A stretch of 64,000 nt of DNA, taken from contig JBHPNE010000005.1 of assembly GCA_042562855.1 (NCBI GenBank), positions 154 through 64,153 of the forward strand, in the 5' to 3' direction. Position 1 is the first letter of the stretch. Each line of letters opens with the position of its first letter. Source of the DNA: Elusimicrobiota bacterium (GTDB taxonomy: Bacteria > Elusimicrobiota > Endomicrobiia > Endomicrobiales > JAPLKN01). A program made the position numbers and the translations under genes. This document shows positions 1 to 9,541 of the stretch, piece after piece. The notes under the pieces were generated by a model that saw only the letters and a list, made by a program, of their open reading frames with translations, had not been told where the DNA came from and did not search any database.

Positions 1-302
1 ATGTTGTCAATATTTTAAGAATCCAGCTGGAACGCCAGCAAAACAATCTTTTTCCATCTGTCCATGAATATGTTGAACTTTATCAGGTAACAAAGGATAG
101 GTTGGGTGCAGCAAAGTCAGATGTTTTAATAATGCATCCTGGCCCGATGAATAGAGGGATAGAAATTTCTTCTGAAGTTGCTGACAGCCCGTCTGCTGTC
201 ATAAATGAACAGGTCACAAACGGTATTGCTGTTAGAATGGCTGTTTTGTATTTGTTGGCGGGGGACGGAAAAAGCAGAGGTAAATTAAAAACGGGTAAAT
301 AA
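1..302 (+). CDS. pyrB: aspartate carbamoyltransferase catalytic subunit, C-terminal part (5' truncated by window)
   Basis: Frame starting at nt 3 is open: [12 protein letters not shown]...[20 protein letters not shown]...[14 protein letters not shown]; RIQxER and HPGP motifs; followed by pyrC. Confidence 0.95.
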   Translation, partial: VVNILRIQLERQQNNLFPSVHEYVELYQVTKDRLGAAKSDVLIMHPGPMNRGIEISSEVADSPSAVINEQVTNGIAVRMAVLYLLAGDGKSRGKLKTGK

Positions 303-303
303 T

Positions 304-1599
304 ATGAACATAATAATTAAAAACGGAAGAGTTGTCGATCCGTCTCAAAACATTGATAAAGAAATGGATGTTCTTGTTTCGGGAAACAAGATTTCGGACA
401 TAAGTAATTCCATTACCGATAAACATGGTGTTGTAATAGATGCAAAAAACAAGGTTGTAGTTCCGGGTCTCATAGATGCTCACACGCATTTAAGGGAACC
501 CGGCCACGAAGAGGAAGAGACAATTGCAACCGGTACTCGTGCAGCTGCACATGGCGGTATTACAACTGTGATGTGTATGCCTAATACTCATCCTGCATTA
601 GACAATGCTCCGGCTGTTGAATTTGTAATGTTAAAGGCTCAGAAGGAAGGGCTTGTGAATGTATTTCCTGTAGGGTGTATTACGAAGGATTCTAAAGGCG
701 AAGAGTTGGCAGAGATTGGAGTTTTAAAGAATGCTGGTATTGTCGCGATTTCTGATGATGGAAATCCAGCAAAAAACTCTAAAATTATGCGTCACGCCCT
801 TGAGTACACTAAAATGTTTAATATTCCTGTAATATCTCATTGTGAAGACAAAGATTTATCAAAAGATGGTTCGATGAATGAAGGCCATATGTCAATGGTT
901 CTGGGGCTTAGGGGAATACCAAAACAAAGTGAAGAAATTATTGTGAGCAGAGACATTATGCTTGCTGAGCTTACCGGCGGGCATTTGCACATTGCGCACG
1001 TTTCAACAGCAGGTTCGGTTGAGCTCATAAGGCAGGCAAAGAAAAGAAAAATCAGTGTGACCGCAGAAACATGTCCGCATTATTTTACTTTAACCGATGA
1101 AGCCGTTAAAGGATACGACACAAATACAAAAATGCATCCGCCATTAAGGGAAAAGGTGGATGTGGAAGAAATAAAAAAAGGTTTAGCGGATGGAACAATA
1201 GATTGTATCGCAACTGATCATGCTCCGCATTCAGAAGAAGAAAAAAATAAAGAATATGATCTTGCGCCTTTTGGAATAATAGGGCTTGAAACAATGCTTG
1301 GTTTAGTCATTAGCGAGCTTGTGAATAAAAAGGTCTTGAGTTTATCTGATGCGATATCCAAAATGACCATTAATCCTGCAAAAATATTCGCCATAGCAAA
1401 TCGCGGGACTCTCAAAAAAGGGAGTTTTGCAGATATAACAATAATAGATTTGAACAAAAAAGGCATTGTAAAGAGCGAAGACTTTTTTTCGAAAAGTAAA
1501 AATTCTCCATTTATAGGAACTGAGTTAACAGGATTTCCTGAAACTACAATAGTGGGAGGAGAAATAGTCTGGTCATCAAAAGAAGGGATAAAACCTTAA
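304..1599 (+). CDS. pyrC: dihydroorotase
   Basis: PGLIDAHTHLREPG, MPNT and IATDHAPH amidohydrolase motifs; pyr operon context. Confidence 0.96.
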   Translation: MNIIIKNGRVVDPSQNIDKEMDVLVSGNKISDISNSITDKHGVVIDAKNKVVVPGLIDAHTHLREPGHEEEETIATGTRAAAHGGITTVMCMPNTHPALDNAPAVEFVMLKAQKEGLVNVFPVGCITKDSKGEELAEIGVLKNAGIVAISDDGNPAKNSKIMRHALEYTKMFNIPVISHCEDKDLSKDGSMNEGHMSMVLGLRGIPKQSEEIIVSRDIMLAELTGGHLHIAHVSTAGSVELIRQAKKRKISVTAETCPHYFTLTDEAVKGYDTNTKMHPPLREKVDVEEIKKGLADGTIDCIATDHAPHSEEEKNKEYDLAPFGIIGLETMLGLVISELVNKKVLSLSDAISKMTINPAKIFAIANRGTLKKGSFADITIIDLNKKGIVKSEDFFSKSKNSPFIGTELTGFPETTIVGGEIVWSSKEGIKP

Positions 1600-2327
1600 C
1601 TATAAGAGAAAATGCTTGTGTGCAGCCGGGCTATTACAGGATTGTTTTTCGAGACGAATATTTAGCTCGGTTTTCTTATTCCGGGCAATTCTGTCTGCTG
1701 ACACTGCCAGGTGTATTTTTGCGCAGGCCGTTCAGTATTTATGCTACTAGAAAAGGAAGTGTTGAGTTTTTATATAAAGTTTTAGGAAAAGGGACAAAAG
1801 AATTATCTCAACTGAAACCCGGTGAAAAATTAAAAGTTTTGGGTCCTTTGGGCACAAGTTATGATACAAAGAGTAAAAACTCAGTTCCTTTATTGGTCGG
1901 TGGTGGTACAGGTATTGCTTCGTTAAACTTTTTAGCACAACAGTTAAAAATAAAAGGTGTTCTTTTTTACGGAGCAAAAAGTAAAAGCGATATTGTTACT
2001 TTGAATGGCTTTAACAAATGGAAAGTAATTAAAATAACCGAGGATGGTTCAATTGGCCAAAAAGGGCTTGTAACCAGAGCTTTTGAGGAATTTGTTAAGA
2101 AAAATAAAGAAAAACATTTTGTTGTATATGCGTGCGGCCCGAACATGATGCTCAAAAAAGTTTCAGATATATGCAGTAAAAATGGAATTAAAGGATTTAT
2201 TTCTTTAGAAGAGATGATGGCTTGCGGGGTAGGAAATTGCCAGGGTTGTGCAATAAAGGCTGGAGAAACTTATAAAATGGTATGTAAGGACGGACCGGTT
2301 TTTAATATTGGTGACGTAGAGTTATGA
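1569..2327 (+). CDS. pyrK: dihydroorotate dehydrogenase electron transfer subunit
   Basis: LRRPFS, GPLG, GGGTGIA, YACGP and MACGVGNCQGC...VCKDGPVF (2Fe-2S) motifs. The ORF track starts at GTG 1620, but the frame is open back to CTG 1569, which follows GGAGGAG; start uncertain. Confidence 0.92.
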   Translation: MVIKRRDKTLTIRENACVQPGYYRIVFRDEYLARFSYSGQFCLLTLPGVFLRRPFSIYATRKGSVEFLYKVLGKGTKELSQLKPGEKLKVLGPLGTSYDTKSKNSVPLLVGGGTGIASLNFLAQQLKIKGVLFYGAKSKSDIVTLNGFNKWKVIKITEDGSIGQKGLVTRAFEEFVKKNKEKHFVVYACGPNMMLKKVSDICSKNGIKGFISLEEMMACGVGNCQGCAIKAGETYKMVCKDGPVFNIGDVEL

Positions 2328-3238
2328 AAATTAATAACAACTTTGCAGTAAACATAGCAGGAATAAAATTTGCTAATCCGGTATTGGTCGCCTCAGGTAC
2401 ATTCGGCTACGGAGATGAAATACAGGATTTAGTACAGGTAAAAAAATTAGGCGGAATCATTACAAAAACTGTTACATTAAAACCTAAAGAAGGAAATCCT
2501 TCTCCAAGAATTGCTGAAGTTGCAAGCGGAATGATAAACACTATTGGTTTGCAGAATATGGGGGTAGAAAATTTTATTAAAGAAAAACTCCCGCAGTTAA
2601 GGCGACTTGCTGTTCCTGTGATAGTAAGCATTGCCGGGGAGGCATCAAGCGATTATATTCATGTTGTTAAGATGCTAAGTAATGAAGATGGAATTTCTGC
2701 AATAGAGCTGAACCTATCTTGCCCTAACTTAAAAAAGAAAATAATTTGCCAGGATAAACGTTTGGCTGAAGAAATAGTACAGCAGACATCGGAAATAAGC
2801 AAAGTGCCGATCTTTGCAAAATTGTCTCCACAGGTAGAAGATTTGGTTGATCTTTCTATCCTTATGGAGAGAAGCGGTGCAAAAGCTTTGTCCTTGGTTA
2901 ACACTTATCCAGGAATGGTAATAGATGTCAAAACCCGCAAGCCCAAACTGTCTACAGTAACCGGTGGTGTTTCAGGCCCGGCGATAAAACCTCTTGCTTT
3001 AAAATGCGTCTGGGATGTTTCAAAAAGTGTGAGTATTCCTATAATTGGCGGCGGCGGAATAATGAATGCAGGTGATGCCATAGAATTTATTATAGCGGGA
3101 GCAAGTGCCGTAAGTATCGGTACAGCAAACTTTATTAATGCTAAGATCCCCACAGATGTTGTTAGGGGAATAGGTGAGTATTTTTCTAAAAATAAGATTA
3201 AAAGCATTGATGAAATAAGAGGAAAGCTTGAGGTATGA
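2324..3238 (+). CDS. pyrD: dihydroorotate dehydrogenase type 1B catalytic subunit
   Basis: ASGTFGYG, ELNLSCPN, KLSP and GGVSGPAIKP motifs; ATGA overlap with pyrK. Confidence 0.95.
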   Translation: MKINNNFAVNIAGIKFANPVLVASGTFGYGDEIQDLVQVKKLGGIITKTVTLKPKEGNPSPRIAEVASGMINTIGLQNMGVENFIKEKLPQLRRLAVPVIVSIAGEASSDYIHVVKMLSNEDGISAIELNLSCPNLKKKIICQDKRLAEEIVQQTSEISKVPIFAKLSPQVEDLVDLSILMERSGAKALSLVNTYPGMVIDVKTRKPKLSTVTGGVSGPAIKPLALKCVWDVSKSVSIPIIGGGGIMNAGDAIEFIIAGASAVSIGTANFINAKIPTDVVRGIGEYFSKNKIKSIDEIRGKLEV

Positions 3239-5277
3239 CAAAGGGTAGCTTCTTTCCTTTAGTATTAGATATAGTAAAAAAATATGTTCTTTTAAATTTC
3301 ATATTTTTGTTTTTGATGTCGGTGCATAGATTTATCTTTTGTTTTTACTATTCCGATTTAGGAGATTTTAAAGGACTTTTTTGGCATGTAATAAAAGCTT
3401 TTATTTTAGGTTTAAGGTTTGATTTAGTAGTTATTGCTTATTTAAATGCTGTAATAGTGCTGACATTACTTATAACATGGGCATTCAGAAATAAAATATT
3501 ATTTAAACTCTGGGTAGTATTTTCCAAATATTATTATATATTTGTTTACGCGTTAGTTTTTATTCTGCTCATATTTGATTTTGGTTTTTATTCGTATTTT
3601 CAAAATCATATTAATGTTGTGATTTTTGGGATATTTGAGGACGATACGAAAGCTCTTTGGTCCACCTTGGTTGAGAATTACAATATGTGGCTGGTGTTTC
3701 TGGGGTTTTTTGCTCTGTTTGTGATTATATATCTATTGGTCAGTTACTTTGTAAAATCCATAGATATCAGAGAGTTTAACCCGGCAAAAAAATCTTACCC
3801 CGTTTTTTTAAAAAGTTCTTTTATAGCAGTATTGATTATTGTAAATATTGTTACAGCAAGAGGTTCTTTGGGCTTGTTTCCCTTGGGGACATATGATGCT
3901 GCGATATCTCCGAATGTATTTATTAATAAATTGGCCTTGAATGGAATTAATACATTGCAGGAAACGCTGGAATTTAGACTAAATGAAGACAGAAATTATG
4001 ATCTTATCAAAAAAGTCGGATACGAAAATAATATTGAAGCGGCTTTTTCTACATTTTTAAAAAAATCAGTAAGTGAACTTGATAATGATTTAATAAAAGA
4101 TATCACATTCAGAACCAAAAAAAATTACGGACTTGAAAAAAATCGGCCGAATGTAGTTGTTATAATGATGGAAGGTTTTGGAAGTGATTTACTTCGTTAT
4201 CAGTCAAAACATTTTAACGTATTAGGTGAGTTGGAAAAACATTTCAAATCAGATTTGCTCTTTCTCAGCTTTTTATCCGGTGATGTCGGTACGATCGGGA
4301 GTTTTGAAGTTGTGAACTTAAACATTGCAAAGCGCCCCAAAGCCAGACATGTGAGCCAGTCAAAATACGCGTATAACGACAGAATTTCAGGAGCCGCCAT
4401 TCCGTACAAAAATGCGGGATATGAAACTATCCTTATGTATGGCGGAAACATTGCATGGAGAAATCTTGAAACATATGCGTCCAAGCTTGGCTATGACCAT
4501 TCTCAAGGCGAAGAGTCAATGGAACGTGGCTGGGAAAGAAACCAGTGGGGAGTCTATGATGAATATTTGTATAGGCAAATATACAAAAGACTTGCCGATA
4601 ATAACACGAAACCTAAATTTATATTTGCTTTAACAACAAGTAATCATCCCCCGTATTCACTGCCCGATTCATATAAGCCTTTACCCTTAGAAGTAAATGG
4701 GAGTCTTGAGGCTGACATAACCGGGGACAGGAAACTGGCGAATTTAAGATTTCAAACATATCAGTATTCCAATCACAAATTGGGAGAGCTGATAACTAGA
4801 ATAAAAAATTCAAAATACGGGGATAATACTATAATTGCCGTAACGGGGGACCATAATTTTTGGGGAGTTTTTAATTATACGCAAGAAAAAACTCCATATA
4901 GATATGCTGTTCCTCTATATTTATATATCCCGGATCATTTAAAGCCGAAAAATGTAGACCTGAAGACTCCGGGGTCGCATTTGGACATAATGCCGACGCT
5001 CTATAATTTGTCTTTATCCGAAGCAGAATATATTTCGCTTGGACAAGACATGTTGGATCCAAAAATTAAGCACATCGGTTTTAACGTAGACGGCATTATT
5101 TTGACAAAAAAAGAGTCTGTCAGATATTATCTGGGTACGGATTCGCATTTTAACTTTTTATGGGATCCCAAGAGAGAAGGGATGTGGAAAAGTGCGGAAG
5201 AAAACGGTAAGAGCGGTGAGCTAATAAAATACTATAAGGCTGTGCTGGCTTTGTCCGAATATATAGTAAAATATTAA
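3235..5277 (+). CDS. LTA synthase / alkaline-phosphatase-superfamily (sulfatase-fold) membrane protein
   Basis: About 5 N-terminal TM helices, then PNVVVIMMEG, TSNHPPY, TGDH and SHLDIMPTL motifs. Confidence 0.85.
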   Translation: MTKGSFFPLVLDIVKKYVLLNFIFLFLMSVHRFIFCFYYSDLGDFKGLFWHVIKAFILGLRFDLVVIAYLNAVIVLTLLITWAFRNKILFKLWVVFSKYYYIFVYALVFILLIFDFGFYSYFQNHINVVIFGIFEDDTKALWSTLVENYNMWLVFLGFFALFVIIYLLVSYFVKSIDIREFNPAKKSYPVFLKSSFIAVLIIVNIVTARGSLGLFPLGTYDAAISPNVFINKLALNGINTLQETLEFRLNEDRNYDLIKKVGYENNIEAAFSTFLKKSVSELDNDLIKDITFRTKKNYGLEKNRPNVVVIMMEGFGSDLLRYQSKHFNVLGELEKHFKSDLLFLSFLSGDVGTIGSFEVVNLNIAKRPKARHVSQSKYAYNDRISGAAIPYKNAGYETILMYGGNIAWRNLETYASKLGYDHSQGEESMERGWERNQWGVYDEYLYRQIYKRLADNNTKPKFIFALTTSNHPPYSLPDSYKPLPLEVNGSLEADITGDRKLANLRFQTYQYSNHKLGELITRIKNSKYGDNTIIAVTGDHNFWGVFNYTQEKTPYRYAVPLYLYIPDHLKPKNVDLKTPGSHLDIMPTLYNLSLSEAEYISLGQDMLDPKIKHIGFNVDGIILTKKESVRYYLGTDSHFNFLWDPKREGMWKSAEENGKSGELIKYYKAVLALSEYIVKY

Positions 5278-5360
5278 AAAACTAATCAGGGAGAGATCCT
5301 AATGACCAAAAAGATGATGTTGATACGGATAAAATCCAGGAATTAGGTACTTGAGGAATT

Positions 5361-5999
5361 ATGAAAAAGTTAATAGTAGCATTAGATGTCAATGAAAAGC
5401 CCAAGGCTTTAAGCTTGATAGATAAACTCTCTCCTTGGGTGGATATTTTTAAAATTGGACCTGTGCTTTTTTTAAATGACGGGCAAGAAATAGTGAAAAA
5501 AATTAAAAACATAGGAAAGGAAGTCTTCTTAGATTTAAAATTTCATGATATACCTGCTACTGTTCAAAGATCGGTTGAATCTGCTCAAAAAATGGGAGTA
5601 TACAGTTTAACGCTTCATTCAAGTGGCGGTGAGGAAATGCTTAAAGCAGCGGCATCTGTTAATCCAAGACCAAAACTTTGGGCAGTAACAGTTTTAACAA
5701 GCCAGGAAAGCTCTGTTGAAGAAGTAGTTAAGAGAGCAAAGCTGGCTAAGGCGTGTGGTTTAGACGGAGTAATATCTTCGCCGTTAGAAGCTGAAATTAT
5801 TAAAAAAGAGTGCGGAAAAGATTTCTCCGTTGTTACACCCGGCGTAAGGCTTGAAAAAACTAACGATGATCAAAAAAGAACTGCAACGCCCAAAGCAGCG
5901 ATTAAAGCCGGCGCGGATTTCATAGTTGTTGGCCGCCCAGTTATTGAGGCAGATAATCCGGTTGATATTGCACAAAGAATAAATAAGGAGATTGAATGA
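5361..5999 (+). CDS. pyrF: orotidine-5'-phosphate decarboxylase
   Basis: LIVALD, FLDLKFHDIPATV, VTPGVR and VVGRP motifs. Confidence 0.96.
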   Translation: MKKLIVALDVNEKPKALSLIDKLSPWVDIFKIGPVLFLNDGQEIVKKIKNIGKEVFLDLKFHDIPATVQRSVESAQKMGVYSLTLHSSGGEEMLKAAASVNPRPKLWAVTVLTSQESSVEEVVKRAKLAKACGLDGVISSPLEAEIIKKECGKDFSVVTPGVRLEKTNDDQKRTATPKAAIKAGADFIVVGRPVIEADNPVDIAQRINKEIE

Positions 6000-6580
6000 A
6001 ATCCGAGGAAGTAAAAGAACTATTTGAAAAGAATAAAGCTTTATTAACGGGCCATTTTTTATTATCCTCAGGCCTGCATTCAGATACATATTTTCAATCT
6101 GCTATTGTTCTCCAGTATCCTGAAATTGCCGAAAAGCTGGGAAAGGCGATTGCCCAAAAGGCTATAAAAGCTGTCTCAAAGATAAATGTTGTGGTTTCGC
6201 CTGCACTTGGCGGGCTCATAATAGGTCAGGAAGTAGCAAGAGCTCTTGGCTGCAGGGCGATCTTTGTAGAAAAAGTCGACGGTAAGTTAACAATGAGACG
6301 AGGGTTTGCAGTTGAGCCTAATGAAAAATGTTTGGTCGTTGAAGACGTTATAACGACCGGGCTTTCTACTAATGAAGTTATTAGAGTTTTAAAATCAATG
6401 AACGCGGATGTGGTCGCGGTGGCATCATTAGTTGATAGAAGCGGCGGAAAGGCAGATTTTAGTGCGCCAAAGATATCTTTGTTAGACTTGGACATAAAAA
6501 GCTATAAATCTGAAGAATGCCCTTTATGCAAAGAGGGATTAAAAATTGTTAAACCAGGAAGCAGAGACATAAAAAAATAG
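5996..6580 (+). CDS. pyrE: orotate phosphoribosyltransferase
   Basis: GHFLLSSGLHS and PRPP-binding VVEDVITTG motifs. Confidence 0.95.
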   Translation: MKSEEVKELFEKNKALLTGHFLLSSGLHSDTYFQSAIVLQYPEIAEKLGKAIAQKAIKAVSKINVVVSPALGGLIIGQEVARALGCRAIFVEKVDGKLTMRRGFAVEPNEKCLVVEDVITTGLSTNEVIRVLKSMNADVVAVASLVDRSGGKADFSAPKISLLDLDIKSYKSEECPLCKEGLKIVKPGSRDIKK

Positions 6581-6589
6581 AGGAAGATA

Positions 6590-7552
6590 ATGGTTATCAC
6601 ATATAAAAAAGCAGGAGTAAATATAGACGCAGGCAATAAACTGGTTAAGAGAATTAAAAAAATGGTTCCATCGCTTGGTGGATTTTCAGGGCTTTTTCCT
6701 TTGGAAAAAACAAAATATAACTTAGTAAGTTCAACAGACGGTGTCGGAACAAAATTAAAACTAGCATTTATATTGAATAAGCATGATACAGTCGGCATAG
6801 ATCTTGTAGCCATGAATGTTAACGACCTTGTATGCTGCGGGGCCAAGCCTTTGTTTTTCTTGGACTATTTTGCATGCGGTAAACTCGATGTGGGTTTGGC
6901 AGAAAAAGTTGTTAAAGGAATCATTGCAGGCTGCAGGCAGGCAGGAGCCTCGCTTTTGGGCGGAGAAACTGCGGAGATGCCCGGATTTTATAAGCAGGGA
7001 GAATATGATTTGGCGGGCTTTGCCGTAGGCGTAGTTGAAAAAGGCAAAGAGATTTCTGGTAAAGATATTAAACCAAAAGATGTTTTAATCGGCCTGCCTT
7101 CAAGCGGCCCTCATTCAAACGGATACTCATTAATTAGGAAAGTATTTACAAAAAATGAACTGAAGAAATATGGCCGGCAGCTTATTATGCCTACTAAAAT
7201 ATATGTAAAAGAAATTTTGGCTCTACTAAAAAAATTCAATGTTAAAACAAAAAATGTTGTTGCGTTATCTCATATTACCGGCGGTGGATTCTACGATAAC
7301 ATAGAAAGACTCCTTCCCGATAATTGTAAGGCAGTAATAAAGAAAAATTCATGGAAAGTCCCTGAAATATTTAAAACCATTCAGCAAAAAGGAAAAATGA
7401 CCGATAAGGAGATTTATAGAACATTAAACATGGGTATTGGTATGGTGATAGCAGTGCGGCCGAAGTATGCTGCCAGGATAAAACAGTCCATAAAAAGTTC
7501 CAAATTAATCGGATATATTGATAAGGGCAAAAAATCTGTCGAGATAATATGA
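6590..7552 (+). CDS. purM: phosphoribosylformylglycinamidine cyclo-ligase
   Basis: YKKAGVNI, STDGVGTK, GGETAEMPG, SSGPHSNGYSL and HITGGG motifs. Confidence 0.96.
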   Translation: MVITYKKAGVNIDAGNKLVKRIKKMVPSLGGFSGLFPLEKTKYNLVSSTDGVGTKLKLAFILNKHDTVGIDLVAMNVNDLVCCGAKPLFFLDYFACGKLDVGLAEKVVKGIIAGCRQAGASLLGGETAEMPGFYKQGEYDLAGFAVGVVEKGKEISGKDIKPKDVLIGLPSSGPHSNGYSLIRKVFTKNELKKYGRQLIMPTKIYVKEILALLKKFNVKTKNVVALSHITGGGFYDNIERLLPDNCKAVIKKNSWKVPEIFKTIQQKGKMTDKEIYRTLNMGIGMVIAVRPKYAARIKQSIKSSKLIGYIDKGKKSVEII

Positions 7553-8160
7553 TGGAAAAAATAAAAATAGGTGTGCTTGCTTCGGGCGGTGGAACAAATC
7601 TTCAGTCTATAATAGATGCGTGTGAATCGGGGCTTTTAAAAAACTTAGCAGAAGTATCCATAGTGCTTTCCAATAATGAAAATGCATTTGCTTTACAGAG
7701 AGCAAAAAAGCACGGTATAAAAGCTGTTTTTGTTGATAAAAAAAGTTTAAAAGATATGGATTCGTTTTGTGATGAACTAATTAATTTGCTAAATGAGAAT
7801 AAGGTAGCATTAGTTTGTCTTGCCGGATATCTTTTAAAGCTTTCAAGAATTTTCGTACAAAAATTTAAAGGCAGAATTATGAACATACATCCGGCACTTT
7901 TACCAAAGTATGGCGGAAAAGGGATGTATGGTCATCATGTACATGAGGCAGTAATAGCTTCTGGGGACAAAGAGTCGGGGGTAACGGTTCATTGGGTGGA
8001 TGAAGAGTATGATCATGGCAATATAATAGTTCAGGAAAAAGTTCCGGTTGATCCCAATGACACCCCAGAAACTCTTGCAAAGAAAGTTTTAAAAGTAGAA
8101 CATAAAATATATATTGAGGCAATAGAAGGATTTATAAAAGAAATAAATCGCTGTTGTTAA
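7549..8160 (+). CDS. purN: phosphoribosylglycinamide formyltransferase
   Basis: SGGGTNLQ, NIHPALLP and GVTVHWVDEEYDHG motifs. Confidence 0.96.
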   Translation: MMEKIKIGVLASGGGTNLQSIIDACESGLLKNLAEVSIVLSNNENAFALQRAKKHGIKAVFVDKKSLKDMDSFCDELINLLNENKVALVCLAGYLLKLSRIFVQKFKGRIMNIHPALLPKYGGKGMYGHHVHEAVIASGDKESGVTVHWVDEEYDHGNIIVQEKVPVDPNDTPETLAKKVLKVEHKIYIEAIEGFIKEINRCC

Positions 8161-8177
8161 TATTTTAGGAGGATGAG

Positions 8178-9473
8178 ATGATTTTGCGTTACAGCCGCCC
8201 AGAAATGGCGAGAATATGGTCTGATGAAAACAGGTTTAAAAAAATGCTCGAAATAGAAATATTGGCAGCAGAAGCAATGTCTAAAATGGGCATTGTCCCA
8301 AAATCTGCAATAGGACCCATACGAAAAAAAGCAAAAATTAATATTGAAAGGATTAATGAAATTGAGGAGACCGTAAAGCATGATGTTATAGCTTTTTTAA
8401 CTCAAGTCGGCGAGACAATAGGTCTTGAGGCAAGATTCTTGCATTTGGGGATGACATCTTCCGATGTATTAGATACCGCTCTTTCAATCCAGATGAAAGA
8501 ATCATGTGCACTTATTGTTGACGGATTGGAAAAGCTGGCCGATATCTTGAAGAAATTGGCAATCAAATACAAAGATACTCCTATGATGGGGAGATCCCAC
8601 GGTGTTCACGCTGAGCCAACGACTTTTGGTCTTAAATGCCTGGGTTGGTACAGTGAGATAAAAAGGGGATCACACATGATCGAGGCGACGCGTATCAATT
8701 CAGCATACGGGAATATTTCAGGTGCAGTTGGTACTTATGCGCACTTGAGCCCTAGAGTGGAAGAATATGTCTGCAAAAAGCTTGGCCTTCAGCCGGAGCC
8801 TGTATCGACACAGATTATTCCAAGAGACAGACATTCCGTATATTTATGCAGATTTGCGATTGTTGCAGGATCCTTGGAGAGAATTGCTACCGAGATTAGG
8901 CATCTTCAACGTACAGAAGTACAAGAAGCAGAAGAACCTTTTTCAAAAGGACAGAAAGGCTCCTCAGCCATGCCGCATAAAAGAAACCCAGTCCTATCAG
9001 AGAATATTAGCGGTCTTGCAAGAATTTTAAGAGGAAATGCTGTAGCGGGCTTGGAAAATATTGCTTTATGGCATGAGAGAGACATTAGTCACTCATCTGC
9101 TGAAAGAGTGGCTCTTCCGGATTCATCAATACTGTTGGATTTTATGATTGCAAGATTAAGCTATGTAATGTCAGGTTTAAGAGTATATCCTGAAAATATG
9201 CTTGCAAATATGTCAAAGTCTCAAAGCACAATATTTTCAGGCACTCTCCTTCTTTATTTAGTGGATAAAGGATTGAAAAGGGAAGATGCTTACGCTTTAA
9301 CGCAGAAAGCAGCATTTGCTGCGAGGGAAAAACAAATCAGTCTTGAAAAGGCTGTGTTAGAAGATTCTGAAATAACAAAACATTTATCATTAAAAGAAAT
9401 CAAGATGGCGTTTAATATAAAAACGCATTTTGCAAATATCCCATACATATATAAGCGGGCCCTTAAAAAATAG
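8178..9473 (+). CDS. purB: adenylosuccinate lyase
   Basis: GSSAMPHKRNP fumarate-lyase signature, GRSHGVHAEP, WHERDISHSS. Confidence 0.96.
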   Translation: MILRYSRPEMARIWSDENRFKKMLEIEILAAEAMSKMGIVPKSAIGPIRKKAKINIERINEIEETVKHDVIAFLTQVGETIGLEARFLHLGMTSSDVLDTALSIQMKESCALIVDGLEKLADILKKLAIKYKDTPMMGRSHGVHAEPTTFGLKCLGWYSEIKRGSHMIEATRINSAYGNISGAVGTYAHLSPRVEEYVCKKLGLQPEPVSTQIIPRDRHSVYLCRFAIVAGSLERIATEIRHLQRTEVQEAEEPFSKGQKGSSAMPHKRNPVLSENISGLARILRGNAVAGLENIALWHERDISHSSAERVALPDSSILLDFMIARLSYVMSGLRVYPENMLANMSKSQSTIFSGTLLLYLVDKGLKREDAYALTQKAAFAAREKQISLEKAVLEDSEITKHLSLKEIKMAFNIKTHFANIPYIYKRALKK

Positions 9474-9541
9474 GGGACGGGGCTTGTAATTACTTTTTAA
9501 ATATGTAGAATAGTGTGCACAAATCGCACTTAGAGGTAAAG

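Noticed and set aside
5302-5346. 14-codon ORF MTKKMMLIRIKSRN before pyrF as a leader peptide
   Set aside because: No attenuator hairpins or PyrR-type motif seen; too short to support
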